Assembly (NCBI GenBank): GCA_903813345.2
Contig: CAIIXF020000001.1
Location: 27,776,001 to 27,840,000 of the forward strand
Origin: Owenia fusiformis
Lineage: Eukaryota
DNA length: 64,000 bases
Direction of reading: 5' to 3'
In this document: positions 54,101 to 64,000 of the stretch, in pieces
Numbering within the stretch: position 1 is the first letter of the stretch
Layout: each line of letters opens with the position of its first letter
Notes under the pieces: generated by a model
The model's input: the letters and a program-made list of their open reading frames with translations, nothing else
Database searches by the model: none
What the model was told of the DNA's origin: nothing
Made by a program: the position numbers and the translations under genes

Positions 54101-57100
54101 AAAGCATTCAAAATGTAATTTAAAAATATAACCTGATTTTTCCCTTTATCTGCATCCATGGAGAGGTACCATTTTGGTAACACACGCATTATGTAATCAT
54201 GGGGAGGCCAAACAAGAAACCGCTCTCTCCCCCTGTCATCCGTAGAGTTAACGGGCCGAGATCCCGTCTTGTACATGCAGCTACACGTCTTTACATCCTC
54301 AGCTAAAAGAATGAGGTTGAATATAGGATTGGCGCCACCTTATCAGTAGGACGGCACATTGAAAAAAAACATTGTGGTTTACCAAACTTTATATCAAAGT
54401 GGTGTAGCGATATATGACGTCATCGTACTTCTTGTTTCTGGTCTGCTGGCTACCATCTTTTATGAGGTCCATTGAAATGGTAAACATTTAAACATTTGAA
54501 AATGAAAGTGACGGATAGAGTTTTACTGATTTCGTCTTTCCAACTATCTCATTTTTTGCCTACTGTATAGGTTTATACAGATAGTGACCATAGTTATCCA
54601 CCGTGTAGCCATAGCCACATAGGAATACATCGGAAACTAGGGTAATGCGATGAAAGTGTGTAAGAACTCTCCTTTTATAACAATTTTAACAATAGCCGTG
54701 TAAATTAAAGCTGCAAATGACAAAACATATCATGTGTAGTATAAAGCATATATGACATGTCAGAACCTATTCCCAGGACCTATCTGAGAATGGTTCTTTA
54801 AAAGTAAATACTGTTGCTGGTTGTATGAAATCATTGAGAAATGTTTTACGAGACAATTATATTGCTTAAATATTTTTTAAAAATTCACACATAGCTAGGC
54901 AAGGTGTGTCAGATTCCAGCGAACATAGTATTTCATATAACTGCACTGCATGCCATTATATAACCAACAACCCATCCAGTGTCATTTATTGTCAAGATGA
55001 CAACTTGTTCGAAAAAAGTTTGATTGAAAATATGTTCTTTTGGGTGATTCCGTACAAAATATTTTTATACATTAATTTAAGCCCAAGACTTGATACGTTG
55101 TGAAAAAATGGAGTGGAATTATAATTGTGAAAGAATTTTCGGTCAATGAGTGGACTGTGGAGTCGTGTAACAGTAAACAGACTCATAAACAAAAATGCAC
55201 AGCATTGATCATGAACATGCATTAAAAGACGGGATAATTTCGTCCATCTAGGCATCTATTGCTAATCACGAGAAAATACTTGACAAAAAGAGGTTCACTT
55301 TTTCGTTTTCGGGACACTCGATATGTTGTTTAATTTTAAATAATTTCATGTTTCACATCCGACTGAAAATTGCACCATTTGGTCTATTGTCGCATATGGT
55401 TTTAATGCATGAATGAAGTTTTCCAATGTTGATGTTTGTTGGCAATTGATAAAATGTATATTTCAAACTTGTGGATTATATTTTAAATCAATAAGGTTAT
55501 GCTGAAAGGGTTTGGCTTGTTTCTTCTTTAAAAAAGTCAAATGACCTGTTACCTGTATTATTAACAGACTTGATAAACGTTCCTTTTTGGTAAATATACT
55601 TGAGCTTGCCAGCATTTTATTTAATAATTGATTAGTTTTGGGAAATAAAAAGCCTTTATCTGATTTAAACATTCATTTCTTCAGGCAAATCAATTGATCA
55701 AAATGTGTTTAAAAAGATATTTAGCAAAATTGTAGCTATCAACCCTTCAATCGATTAATATTCAGCCACGCATAGAATTATCGCACCTAGCAGGCGAGTT
55801 GTAAATACTGTGCCGTGCTGTGGATGCGACTATAGTATTCTCTCAGATAAATATGATGAAGCAATACATTTACCACATTGAAGAGAATGTGTCTTATTAC
55901 TTCTTATACTATGCACCTAAAATCAGGGGGCGAAAACGCGTGGAGTACTTTTGTAGGTAGGTGTAGTTTTATTTGCAGTATATGGTTGCTTTGAAGAGTT
56001 TTCTTACCTGATTACTAACTCATCACGTTCCCAGTACATCAAGGAAACATTCTATTTTTATAAATTGACAGCCATCTATCTAGTTTTTTAGCTCACGTGG
56101 TGAGCTATTGCAATCACTCACCTGTCCGTCTGTCTGTCCGTCTGTCTGTCAACAATTGACCCCTTTTAAAACCTGTCAATAGGATTCCCGTTTTAAGTTT
56201 TTTTTGTTCAACATCAATACAGAAACCTCTCTTTCGACTCCTGGTTCAAAAGCTCTCCTATTTTCAAAATGGCCGCCATTTTTTTCTCGCGAAATTTACT
56301 TTTGGACCATTTGCTTTTAAACCTGTGTCGATAGGATTCCCGTTTTAAGTTATTTTTGTTGAACATCATTTCAGAAAACTGCTAGATAACTCCTGGTTCA
56401 AAGACTCGCCTTTTTTCAAAAAAGTCGCCATTTTTGTCTCGCAAAATTCACTTTTTGCCCATTTCCTAGCTTTACAAAAAAGTTCAGGTGTCCTGCATTG
56501 TATAAAGCCATGTCACTGTAAAGAGTAGTTGTATGAAATAATTATATCCGTTTTTCTGCCATTTTAGCCATCATTAACTTATGTGCAACACCATATCACC
56601 CAGTACCCACGATACTATTTTCTTAAAATATGGGGTAAACCCCGATACGCCTAACCATTCGACAACGTGCAGTGACTAAATACAGGGTGACCAATAATAA
56701 GGTAAAAGTATCTGGCATTTTGTAAATATTTGTCCAAACATCCTGAAAAGTCAGAGTATATCTTGTACATTTCTAAAGTAAAACATATAAATATATATAA
56801 CTTCTGCCATCTGATTGGTTAATATTATAGTTTCCATGGCAACTAGAGTCAAGGGTACCCAGGGCAATTTCATTGCGTCCAATTTGAACAAAAATGTTAA
56901 AAAGCGTCTCTTTTTTAAACTGAAAAGAAATAAACGTGGGTCCCAGCATTTATTGTTTTCTTGCAAATCTGATGTTTGATGTCACGGAAAAGACTATACA
57001 TAGTAAAAAGTGATGTGAACATAGAAAGTCTATGACAAGGGTCAATGATGAAAAACAATACCTACAGAAGAGATTCGATGAGAGCAAAATGGAAGAAGAG

Positions 57101-59070
57101 GCCCGAAAAATGTTTCAAATTGCACTGGGATAATGCTCCATCTCACAATTGCTATTCTTCTGGGTTTCCCACAACACTGTTAGGTCATGTACTATACTCT
57201 CCTGACTTGTTTTCTAGCGATTTTACCTTCATGGTGAGCCGAAGAGAAAGTTGAGGGAGTTTCTCATGGGAAGACTTGAAGTCAGCTATCTTGGAAAAGT
57301 TGCAGGCTATGGGAAAATTGGTTTAAAAATGTGTTCACAGACTGGAGTAGAAGACACGAACCATATGTTAAAAACAAAGGACATTATGTAGAGTAGTTAT
57401 GAAGTATAAAATAAGAATATGATATGCCATTTCAATTATTATTTGAAATATATTATCAAAAGTGGTTCGACTGAAATTTATTTTTTTGATAGTTGCTCCA
57501 GGTTTTCATGCTTTCTGTTGCTATGGCAACCATAACTTATCATATCACTTTGATCGGTACTTAATACATCAATTCAATTATATTTGAAGATTATTCTGTG
57601 CAAATTTTATGAGGATTGGGTAAAATCTGAAGAAGTGCCACACAGTTTTAACTTATTTATTGATCACCCTGTATACGGGTGTACACTTTAGCTGTTTCAA
57701 GCACAAATTGTGATGCAGGTTTTGAAATATTTATCTAAGGAATATGATCAAATATTTCATGTTTATACGTTAACAGATTCTAAAGCAGAGCACAAGTTTT
57801 TTCTGGGGAATTCCACCCAGGTCCATGTAAATACAACCAACATTTTCCAACCGGTCAATTATGTGGAATTACAGAGAAAAAAACTCATGCTCTGCTCGAG
57901 AATCTGTTTACGTGATTAAAAATTAAATCTTGCCAAGAGCATTCACATGAAATTAAACATGAAATACTTCATCATATACCTTAGACAAATCTTTTAAAAC
58001 CTACATCACAATTTTTGCTTTAATCATGACAACGTTCAGCTAAAGTGTACACCCGTAGATTTTGTCACTGCATGTTGTCGGTTGTTAGGCGTGCCTGAGA
58101 AAGTGTGATTTTGACCAGGGATATTGAACAAAAATTCTGTGGTTAACCCCCGTTTTGGGTGTCAATTTGTGACTTTTAAATATTTCCTCGATGCATCGGG
58201 AGCATGAAGAGCGTATTGGCAGATGAGGAACAACTAAAAATACCGACAGACAAAACTACGCCTACCTAATCTTGGAATAAGATGGTGGCTTTTCTTTCTT
58301 GTGTACGCGACGAAAATACTTTACTCTGCATTTCCATTACTGACCCTGCGTAATCCGCTCCAATTTTTGAAGAAGCCTCGTATAAACTAAATTAAAAAAT
58401 TCGTTGACGTACCAAGACCGCCGGGAAAGCATTTATTTTTTTTATCATTCTTTATTCCGAGCTCAACCAGTCTTCTCAATGCTTCCTTGCTTACGACAAT
58501 TCCAGGCCCACCGGCCATAAACATGGTTCCCACTTTCGGCCTTCCTTTTCTTTTATCATAGTACATATGTCCAAAAAATTCTGCATCCTTTGGGTCGTAG
58601 TTTTGTAACATTTTTCTCAAATTTTCCACAACTATAAAGGTATCTGTGTCTGCTTTTACAAAATAATCTGCCTTGTTAAAATAATGATCGTAGACATAAG
58701 TCCATGCTAATCTAGATTTCTCAGCTAAGTGTTCCCTTCCTTCCTGAACAACGTTTAATCCAATTGTTGGAAATGTCTTGTTCTCTTCGGAACTCATATA
58801 TAAATCTATGTCACAGTGTTTTGCCCATGTGTCCCTAACGTATTTCGTCTTATTCTCAAGGTCACCTGGAGTTGTCAAGAACCAACACAATATCTTATAA
58901 TGTTTCTGTTTTTGTGCGTCTTGATTGAATACATTAGTTGTGCCTTTCGCAGTCCAGTTTTTAAGTTTAAATTTATTTTGTTCATATGATATAAAATAAT
59001 GACATACGACGTACAATGACACCAGTTGAACCAACAATAGAAAAAGTCTAATTTTGTTGGCCATCTTCAT
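51142..59070 (-). CDS. C1GALT1: Glycoprotein-N-acetylgalactosamine 3-beta-galactosyltransferase 1-like (core 1 synthase family, GT31), ~320 aa
   Basis: Exons 59070-58413, 54302-54133, 51276-51142 (GT-AG, phases 1 and 0). Type II membrane anchor, ILCWFLT, TWAKHCD, KADTDTF, ENLRKML, FMAGGPG, AEDV, DDRGRERF, DCCSDYPIGFHY. Probably a divergent paralogue rather than the strict orthologue. Confidence 0.88.
51552..52578 (+). mobile_element. 3' fragment of a non-LTR retrotransposon (RTE-X-like), antisense in C1GALT1 intron 2
   Basis: 304-aa ORF with LFDSMVTPILLYGSEIWG, HNLQIEVGRW and CKYC...EDEFHFIIEC, typical of post-RT LINE ORF2; followed by short 3' UTR, AATAAA and a TAC-like tail. Clade is from recall. 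Confidence 0.8.
53207..53808. mobile_element. Kolobok-like non-autonomous transposon
   Basis: TTAA TSD on both sides, AGGG...CCCT termini, ~200-bp imperfect TIRs (e.g. CACTCAGGAAGTGATGTCATC / GATGACATCACTTCCTGAGTG). Confidence 0.8.
56084..56470. mobile_element. Helentron-associated (DINE-1/pearl-like) element fragment
   Basis: T-run, hairpin AGCTCAC-GTG-GTGAGCT, (GTCY)n microsatellite, then two ~151-bp tandem core repeats (56164, 56315). Confidence 0.6.
56647..58092. mobile_element. Fold-back element interrupted by a mariner insertion
   Basis: Left arm ACGCCTAACCATTCGACAACGTGCAGTGACTAAA-TA-[insert]-TA-CGGGTGTACACTTTAGCTG matches the reverse complement of 58037-58092. Confidence 0.7.
56683..57671 (+). 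mobile_element. Degenerate mariner-type transposon
   Basis: TA TSD, imperfect TIRs CAGGGTGACCAATAA / TTATTGATCACCCTG, remnant motifs LHWDNAPSH and YSPDLFSSDF. Confidence 0.8.
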
Positions 59071-59610
59071 CAAAACAAAACAATTTTGATGATAAGTTTA
59101 TTTGTTATAGTAGTAGTAGTAGTAGTAGTATCCACAGCTTATACTTCAATATTACTCAACGCTAACCTCACATCGGTTTGTCGATTGTTGATTGACACCA
59201 GACAACAGGTTGATCGAAGTAAACCAGAGTAATCAAACATCACCAGTCGCACGGTTAACTAAAAAGCTTCGTTGCGAAACATTTTGATCGACAACAAGCT
59301 AGCCTCGTAACGAACGATTTTTTTGTGCCAACTTGTAAAAATTTGGTGTAAAAATACTGATGGTGCGTTCTGAGCGATATCAGATAGTGTAATGGGGCAC
59401 TTTTTATTTTATGTATTGTTCTTGATACATGTAAATGGATAAATAAAACATATGTGACAAATTATTGCGCGTTAAATCACTTATCATTCGAAAAAGCTTT
59501 AATGCTTTTTACATGCACTTTTTACATGCACTTAAACAAACGCAAACCGTAAACGGCGAGGGGCCCTTCCCGCTCACTCTCTTATAATTCCATGCTCATC
59601 AAAAACTATA

Positions 59611-59912
59611 ATAATAATAATGTTTATTTCAAAACTTCTAAGGCCACAGGCCTCCTAGTTACAGTTAATTTTCATACAATTTTAGACAGTGATAAGCAAA
59701 ACAACTTAAATTACAAATTAAGTTTTCATTTTCAGTTGACATTAACTGTATAAATTTTACCATATTTGGTCTATAACAATAATAATCTGGCAAATACATT
59801 TTTCTTAGAGATCTGAATTTCTCACATATCATAACCATGTGGTACTCATCTCCAATAATATTAACATTTGCTGCTAAACAGAACTTACAAAACCGTAGTT
59901 CCCTGGGCACAT
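59611..59912 (-). mobile_element. Short 3' fragment of an RTE-X-like LINE
   Basis: PRELRFCKFC...GDEYHMVMIC is similar to the end of the 51552 ORF; followed by GGCCTGTGGCC, AATAAA and an (ATT)n tail. Confidence 0.75.
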
Positions 59913-60149
59913 TATATATAAAAAACTAAGTCTTTATGGATATGCATTAATACCAATAACGTAACCTAGTTTGGCCCATAGTTGACTTGAGATAGGTCTT
60001 GGGACGCCTCATTGAACTGAAGCTAGCTGCTTTCATCTGTTGCAATGGAGACGTTAAAATACTTCATTTGGCCCGGGAAAGCACTTAAGGTTGTCTCTGG
60101 GGGTAGAAGGTAAATGCCGGGGTAGATTATTTAGTGCGAGTCGGAAGAT

Positions 60150-60670
60150 ACAAAGCATTAACATGACAAAATGTCACCACCTAGTTGCTCACAATATTAT
60201 TACTTCAAACTTAAGTCAGATTTGAATTTTTGAGTAGTAGATGATTTTGAAAAATGGTCAATTTGAAACAATTTTTGACCCTGAGAAGGTCATGGAAGGT
60301 GAAATCTCAAACCTAAAGTCAGATTTGAACTTCTGAGAACTTGAAGATGATTTTGAAAAAAATGGTCAATTTGAAGCAAGTTGAAAAAAGACCTTTTTGA
60401 CCTTGAGAAGTTTAAATCCTTTTTGACCTTGAAAATGTCATATTCAGATTTGAACTTTTGAGAACTTGTAGATGATTTTGAAAAAAATTGAAACAAGTTG
60501 AAAAAAGACATGAAAATGAAGTCAGTCTGAACAGTATTTGTGAAGTGATTGGAAGTTGTAAGAAATTGTTGCAGACGCCTATCGCCAACTGCCAACCGCT
60601 ATCCGCCGATCGCCGTCGCACAAAATGGAGACCATAACAATATGTCACCACTTTTTGGTGGTGACATAAA
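60150..60670 (+). mobile_element. Helentron-associated-like element with ~100-130-bp internal repeats
   Basis: 5' ACAAAGCATTAACATGACAAAATGTCACCACC, three TCAGATTTGAA-containing repeats, 3' hairpin ATGTCACCAC..GTGGTGACAT followed by an A-run. Confidence 0.6.
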
Positions 60671-63435
60671 AAATGAAAACAGAATGGAAAAAATGATACT
60701 TGTCTGGAGTCTTGAAGAGATGTAGTCCAGGAAAGATCATGAAACAAAATAAATTGCTTTACTTTTCTCATAACAACAATTATTTTTTGCTCCATCATTT
60801 AGGAAAAGCCTCGCGTATGCCTGGTTAATTTTCCCAATTAGTAATTGCAATTCGATGTCAAAGTCACTGGAATATATGGACGATATAAAATCTGATCAAA
60901 AACAATGACATTTTACAACATGTGTTTTAGATACAATGACAGTAACAGTGATAATGAAATAATGCCATTGAATATTGATTACGTTTTTCCAAAGCCGCCT
61001 CTGCATTAAGGCATTCCGAATGCTCAATGCTTAATAATTAAACAAGTAATAACAGAATATTCTCGTATGTCACCTAATTTTATTTTTGTAAATGTGTAAA
61101 ACCTTGGCAAGTTGCTGAATTTTATATGGATTATATGAATTTAGAATAGAAATATCCTTTACACTGGGTATACAGATTATCCTGTGGCTATACAATATTT
61201 ATGCTGAGATCATAATCTTAACGCACACCAAAGAGGCATGTGATATCTGTATATGAAGTACTCTTATATACAAAGGAGGCATTAAGTTATTGCTTCTGTT
61301 GGCCCTTCCGCCAATTTAGAAATATGTGATTCTCTGCATTGCTAACTTAAATCAACATGACCTTGAAGAAACCGTGACTACAAAAATGAAATATTACACT
61401 TAAAAACATTTGCTCTTTCATACTTTCACGATCCCTACTTCAAAAGCTTGTCTAATTTCAAAGTTGACGAAATTTACTTTCAACACTCCTAACCATCGCG
61501 TAAGCAGGCGTCACCGCACAGCGTCAAAAAATACAGTAGTGAAAATTTTTGTACGCTGACGAAAATTAACAGAGTTGAAGTAAAAACTGTAATGAGGGTT
61601 TAAAAAAATTGATAAGATGAAAATAAATACGATTTCGGGTGTAATAAAAACAACATTCTCTTAGAAATGGTTTCAACTTTCTAATTGTGATAAAAGTTTT
61701 TCGAGCACTGCTCCTGATTTTTTCTGGCTGGATCGGCCCACATAGTCGACTCGAAAGAAAAATGTTGTTTTTCTCACTTTTTGTTTGGTTATTATTTTCC
61801 CTGTCGTCTGAGAGTATGGTTAATTTTTATGAGAATATGTATTTGTTATCTTCACATTTTAAAACAGATGAAGATTCGGCAAATATTCATTCACTGTATA
61901 TATTTAAAAAAGATCAGATCTGTACTGTGACGCATCTGCTGTACGGTGACGATTCCTTAGAATTTATGAAGTGTAATATATGAGCTCATTAACGTAAGAT
62001 TCCATAAGTTTTTGTGTGGAAATTCAAATGTTGTATCCCATTCAACATTGAAAAATATCAATTCTTTTGTTTCCATTCATTCCGGATAACAAGGATTAAA
62101 TACTGAAACACATTCAACTCTCAGCTTACTGTTCGAACAAGAGGTAAAGAAGTGTCAGATCTACATGTACATTATCACTGGTAAGTATCAAGCGAAGGTT
62201 ACGGCCGTCACCTTCGCATTTAAGATGGCGGACAGGAAGTATTTATTTCGATATTTTCAGTTTTCATGGAATTAACTATTTGAAAGTTGTAATGCTTTGA
62301 TATCATTTGAACTAAACCAAGCTTTTCTCATATGACTAACAAAGATAGTAGTGGAATGGGTGATAGGTGTTTTTCGTGCGATGAAGTCTAAAAATTTTAA
62401 TTGGTATAATCATTTAGGCCACCTAAAACTACATTTATTCATGAATTTTCAGTTTCCAATTTTTCAGCGTTAAGCGGCTGTTCCATTTTACCCCCCCCCC
62501 TGAAAAACCAAAAGAGGGGTATGTATACAAATGCAGCCATTTCACCATTATACTTCGAGCAATTCTATTGAAAGTTCACGGGAACATACATTGTATAATA
62601 GACATGTATCATGCAAAATATGAGTGTGAAAGCTCTACTTGTTGCCATGGTAACCACTCGTTGAATTATAAAAATGACTGAAAAAGGGCGATTTTCGTAC
62701 ATTCGGATTGCAGTAAACTGAACTTATCTTGTTGTAAGAGATTGATTGATCAGTCTAAATATGCTTAAAAACTTCACAGATGTGTATGGTACAAATCTAG
62801 GGGAAAAGTAAATTTTTGGGATGTTTCTTATATTTTACATGATTTTTTTAATATGCATACCCCTATTCAGGATCCATATGTGCTTTTCTTGTCTGTAATG
62901 TCAAAAACATAGATATCTTCAATATTTCAAGTTGAATCTTTTCTTATATTATACTGGAAAGCTAAATGCATATTAATGAGATCCATGGTCAGGATTAATG
63001 TAATATTTGTATCTGTTGCTCTGGTGACCACATATAACTATTAATTTTTCGCACATGTTCCATGTTATATCGTGAAGACAGCAGATTTCATCATTTCAGG
63101 AATATTTGTCTTGCATCATTACATACACAATACACAGAGTAAAAGGTCTAAAGAGGTACTATATCTAGTATACTTAGATGGGGTTTGTCATGACTGACTC
63201 TTCAAAATTGAGGTTTTAAAAAAAAGCACATGTAATGAAAAATCAGAAAATGGAACTTGTTACAAGATTAAGTTGAAAACAGGTAAAATAAACTAATAAC
63301 ATTTATGACATATTATTCTCTTACATCTGAAGAAATTCAAAATACATTAAAACATAAATTTTCAGAATAGTTTACCATGAAATTAAGATTAAACTGAAAA
63401 AGTAAATGTCAAACAATATATATTTCAGGGAAGCA

Positions 63436-64000
63436 ATGAGTGAACGAGTCTTGAGAAAGCGTGTTGCACCTGCATCAGAGGCTCGCGGTGAGACATCTAG
63501 GCCAACATATCTGTTTTCCGATTCCAAATGTATTTTTTGTGATAAAACTATTAAATATCTGAAAAACAATAAGAAGGAATATCTTACACAATGTACTACA
63601 AAAATAACTAGAGCAACAATTAATCATGCTATGCATATAAGAGAGGATTGGAACTTAATTCGCAAAATTGGCGGACGTGATCTTCTGGCTGGAGAGGCTC
63701 ATTTCCATCAGGCTTGCAAGCGCTCATATTGTGAACCTAAAATTGTTGGAAAACCTGAGGTAGATGACTATGGTGATTTAATTGAAAAAACTACAGGGAC
63801 AAATGTCAAATTTGATGAAAAAGAACCAGAGGAATCCAATGACCCATCATTCACCTACATATGTGAAAGGATATCCGAAGACATTATGCTTAGGAAGAAT
63901 GTTGGTTCTCTTAATAACATTCACAAACAATATCAGACCCATAAACAAGAAAATGATCCCGTGAATTATCAAAAGGACTATCGCAGAAGTAGATTGAAAT
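63436..64000 (+). CDS. N-terminus of a probable DNA transposase (Academ-like); open to the window edge
   Basis: 188 codons without a stop from ATG 63436 (absent from the ORF track because it is unterminated): KCIFCDK...LTQCTT...DLLAGEAHFHQACKRSY, a CxxC...HxxC motif I recall from Academ-type transposases. An acceptor-like tatttcag lies just upstream. Confidence 0.55.
   Translation, partial: MSERVLRKRVAPASEARGETSRPTYLFSDSKCIFCDKTIKYLKNNKKEYLTQCTTKITRATINHAMHIREDWNLIRKIGGRDLLAGEAHFHQACKRSYCEPKIVGKPEVDDYGDLIEKTTGTNVKFDEKEPEESNDPSFTYICERISEDIMLRKNVGSLNNIHKQYQTHKQENDPVNYQKDYRRSRLK

Overview
AT-rich, intron-rich eukaryotic (animal, probably marine invertebrate) genomic DNA; nothing prokaryotic. 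I reconstructed three spliced protein-coding genes by hand from GT-AG junctions and reading-frame continuity. (1) A class II DYRK kinase, DYRK4-like (+, 13 exons, ~6.9-19.6 kb). (2) A secreted protein with a six-cysteine chitin-binding-like module followed by a VWA domain (+, ~41.5-45.9 kb). (3) A C1GALT1-like GT31 galactosyltransferase (-, 3 exons, 59.07-51.14 kb). There is one intact tRNA-His(GUG). Two satellites are present: a ~10.5 kb array of 210-bp units with two Tc1/mariner-superfamily insertions and a datable higher-order duplication, and a ~3.4 kb array of 49-bp palindromic units. Other mobile-element remnants include CR1-group and RTE-X-like LINE fragments; mariner, DD37D, DD41D-like, Kolobok-, hAT- and MULE-like non-autonomous elements; Helentron-associated elements; two Crypton-like hairpin elements; and an uninterrupted Academ-like ORF running off the right edge. 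I cannot demonstrate a new biological system here. The best leads are the chitin-binding-like+VWA gene, the back-to-back Crypton-like hairpin elements, the satellite/transposon history, and a possible spliced non-coding (snoRNA-host-like) transcript antisense to and downstream of DYRK4. All family assignments come from recalled motifs, not database searches.
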